Shown one piece after another: positions 61,813 through 64,000 of a stretch of 64,000 bases of DNA. The position numbers were made by a program, and so were the translations under genes. Source of the DNA: Spirulina sp. (lineage in GTDB: Bacteria; Cyanobacteriota; Cyanobacteriia; Phormidesmidales; Phormidesmidaceae); assembly GCA_044070495.1 (NCBI GenBank), contig JBIPSI010000015.1, forward strand, positions 32,001-96,000, in the 5' to 3' direction. Below the pieces are notes generated by a model. It saw only the letters and a list, made by a program, of their open reading frames with translations, did no database searches and had not been told where the DNA came from. How positions within the stretch are numbered: the first letter of the stretch is position 1; every line of letters starts with the position of its first letter.

Positions 61813-62802
61813 TTAGTTAAACTTGTAGTAAACATTATCTTTATGAAAAAGCGCCTGAATGCGACGGCTTAGGATGCCGGGAAAGCGCTGGAACAACACG
61901 GCGATAAACCCAGGGTAAGCGGAAACCTGGCCTAGGGCTTGGGCGTACTTCTTGCCTTTAAGGGGTTCAACCACGCTGTAGTAGTCTCGATATTTAGCCG
62001 TTTCCCTGAGTTTGAAGGCCAGAGCCTTGGCCAGATTGGGATGGCTGGCCAAGTACGATTGGTGCTCCGCCATGAAGCGGGTAATCGCCTCACATTCCTG
62101 GTCAAGGCGTAGGGTAATTTTCGTGCTGGAGGTCAGGGCTCCTTCGCGGCAACGATAGTAGTAGTAGGGCTTTGGCAGCAGCCAAAAATTGGCTCCATTG
62201 ACGAGACAGTCGAGGGCAATCCAAAAGTCTTGACTGACGATAATTTCAGGCCGGTAGGCCACGCTGTGATCGCAGAGAAACTGGCGCTTAAATATGGGTT
62301 TACTAAAGCCTAGCTTTAGCCCTCTCTGGCTTTCCACATCAGACTTTACGAAGTCTACCGGGCGGACATAGATGGGCTGGGTGCAAGTCGTTCCGCCCCA
62401 AGCCAGCAGCGTGGTTCTGGGTTGATTATGGCCATCCTCCACGATATAAAGATCGTCGGCGACCATGTCGGCCCCTTGGGCTTGGGCAAGGTTAACGAGG
62501 CGCTCCAAACGACCGGGAGCATACCAATCATCGGAATCAAGCACCGCCACCCAATCGCCGTGGGACTCCCGGATGGCTCGATTGCGGGAGGCTCCAGCCC
62601 CCATATTGTGGTCATTCTTAAACAGCTTTACCCGATTATCGGTAATTGACCTCACCACGGAGACGGTTTTATCGGTGGATCCATCATCCACCACCACCAC
62701 CTCAAAGTTCTGCCAGGTTTGATCGAGAACGGATCGGATCGCTTTCTCAATGTAGGCCTCGGTATTGTAGGCCGGGATGATCACCGATACGACTGGATTC
62801 AT
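61813..62802 (-). CDS. Glycosyltransferase family 2
   Basis: VSVIIPAYN, VDDGSTD, LDSDD. Confidence 0.95.
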   Translation of the reverse strand: MNPVVSVIIPAYNTEAYIEKAIRSVLDQTWQNFEVVVVDDGSTDKTVSVVRSITDNRVKLFKNDHNMGAGASRNRAIRESHGDWVAVLDSDDWYAPGRLERLVNLAQAQGADMVADDLYIVEDGHNQPRTTLLAWGGTTCTQPIYVRPVDFVKSDVESQRGLKLGFSKPIFKRQFLCDHSVAYRPEIIVSQDFWIALDCLVNGANFWLLPKPYYYYRCREGALTSSTKITLRLDQECEAITRFMAEHQSYLASHPNLAKALAFKLRETAKYRDYYSVVEPLKGKKYAQALGQVSAYPGFIAVLFQRFPGILSRRIQALFHKDNVYYKFN

Positions 62803-63319
62803 GGTTGGTACACCCTAGGTTCGGGGAACAATTATCGATACCGGAACTGGTCACCAGATGGAACTTCCATAGGCCGTTTGGTCATCACCCTAGCGCTATT
62901 TTGGCCCAGTGCCTACTATCTTAGGGACGACATGGTTGTTCCTAAGTGGTGTGCCCTGTGTTTACAGGTCTTGATTTAATCGTTGTGTTTTTAGTGGTGG
63001 GGCTGATTTTCTACGCTACCAGTGCCGATGGGGGTGGGTCGGAATTCAAGCCAGAACCCCTGACCTGGATGGTGGTGGTGGTGGTGGTGGGCATGATTTT
63101 GATGTCGTTGATGTGATGCGGTGGTGGGGATGGGGCGCAGGGGGTGGCTTGAAGTTATGACAAAGCCTTAAGTTTATTGAAAAAAACAATGGGTCGTTGG
63201 CCAAGGGTGGGCTTTCCAGTACAATTGCGTCCCAAAAGCCACGCAGTTGTCCACACCCTGCTCCCGCAGCGGACTTGACAGGATAAAGCCCTTTACCTTA
63301 CCCCCGTTAGGACGTTCCT

Positions 63320-64000
63320 ATGACCTCCGTTGTCCCCCGCCCCACGGATGACTCCCGCCTGAACCAACTGCCCGAGTCGGTACGGGCACACCTGCAAGAG
63401 CGCTTCCAGCTTGTGGTTCCGGCCTCGACGACTGCGACGCCCCCCCGACTTTCCCACCCTCACCCGTCTGCCCCTGTGCCCCCACGCCCCGCCAGCCCAA
63501 AAGCCAAGCCCCATTCCCACCCCGCGACCGCCGGGGATGCCAAGGCTCCGGCCTCGGCCATAGTTAGCCTAGATAGGGTAGAAAAAATTTATCCCAACGG
63601 CAGTACAGCCCTCACCGACGTGAGTTTAACGGTGAACCAGGGCGACTTTTTGTTTGTGACGGGGCCATCGGGATCGGGAAAATCCACTCTCCTGAAACTT
63701 CTCTACGGCTACGAGCGCCCCACGAGCGGGGAAATTTTGGTGGCCAACGAACCTATCGCCAAGCTGCGGGGCAACCAACTGGCGATGATGCGTCGCCGCA
63801 TTGGGGTAGTGTTTCAAGACTACAAACTGATCCCTCGCCGCACCGTGGCCGAAAACGTGGCCTTTGTGCTGTGGGCGCAGGGCTTCACCCGCAAGGAGGT
63901 GCATCGCCGCCTGTGGCCAGCCCTGAAAATGGTGGGGCTGCAAAACAAAGCCCAGTGCTTCCCGGAGGAGCTTTCCGGGGGCGAACAACAGCGGGTTAGC
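63320..64000 (+). CDS. ftsE: Cell division ATP-binding protein FtsE (3' truncated by window)
   Basis: Read manually, not in the ORF track: Pro-rich N-terminus, then FLFVTGPSGSGKSTLLKLL, RRRIGVVFQDYKLI, LSGGEQQR. Confidence 0.9.
   Translation, partial: MTSVVPRPTDDSRLNQLPESVRAHLQERFQLVVPASTTATPPRLSHPHPSAPVPPRPASPKAKPHSHPATAGDAKAPASAIVSLDRVEKIYPNGSTALTDVSLTVNQGDFLFVTGPSGSGKSTLLKLLYGYERPTSGEILVANEPIAKLRGNQLAMMRRRIGVVFQDYKLIPRRTVAENVAFVLWAQGFTRKEVHRRLWPALKMVGLQNKAQCFPEELSGGEQQRVS

Noticed and set aside
63070..63090. (GGT)n tract and a short poly-Thr ORF upstream of the glycosyltransferase
   Set aside because: Short microsatellite with no convincing RBS or attenuator structure

Overview
Core-chromosome segment of a GC-rich, probably filamentous (Leptolyngbya/Nodosilinea-like) cyanobacterium; the taxon is inferred from gene content and repeat types. 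Housekeeping genes include recG, intein-containing nrdJ, radC, ftn2/zipN, pdhAB, secDF, smc, a UvrD-like helicase, ftsE (cut by the window end) and tRNA-Ser(CGA). They are interspersed with three toxin-antitoxin pairs, two Uma2 genes, a decayed IS630 and many REP/MITE-like repeats. The best candidate for an undescribed system is a ~13 kb cassette (39.2-52.3 kb). It encodes an APS-reductase-like (AprA/AprB-like) flavoprotein and ferredoxin, a HEAT-repeat protein, an Mrp Fe-S carrier, two sulfite/sulfate-type exporters, an SsuA/NrtA-type ABC importer and a LysR regulator fused to a copy of the importer's binding protein. Both operon promoters carry NtcA-type boxes with an upstream LysR-type box. 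This suggests use of an N-S compound (e.g. sulfamate; hypothesis only) as a nitrogen source. Also notable are a chromosomal ParM/ParR-like pair with 10-bp repeats in its promoter, and a ~600-bp repeat-bounded cassette holding a highly structured putative RNA, a terminator and a small orphan ORF. All calls were made by eye from motifs; no database searches were run.
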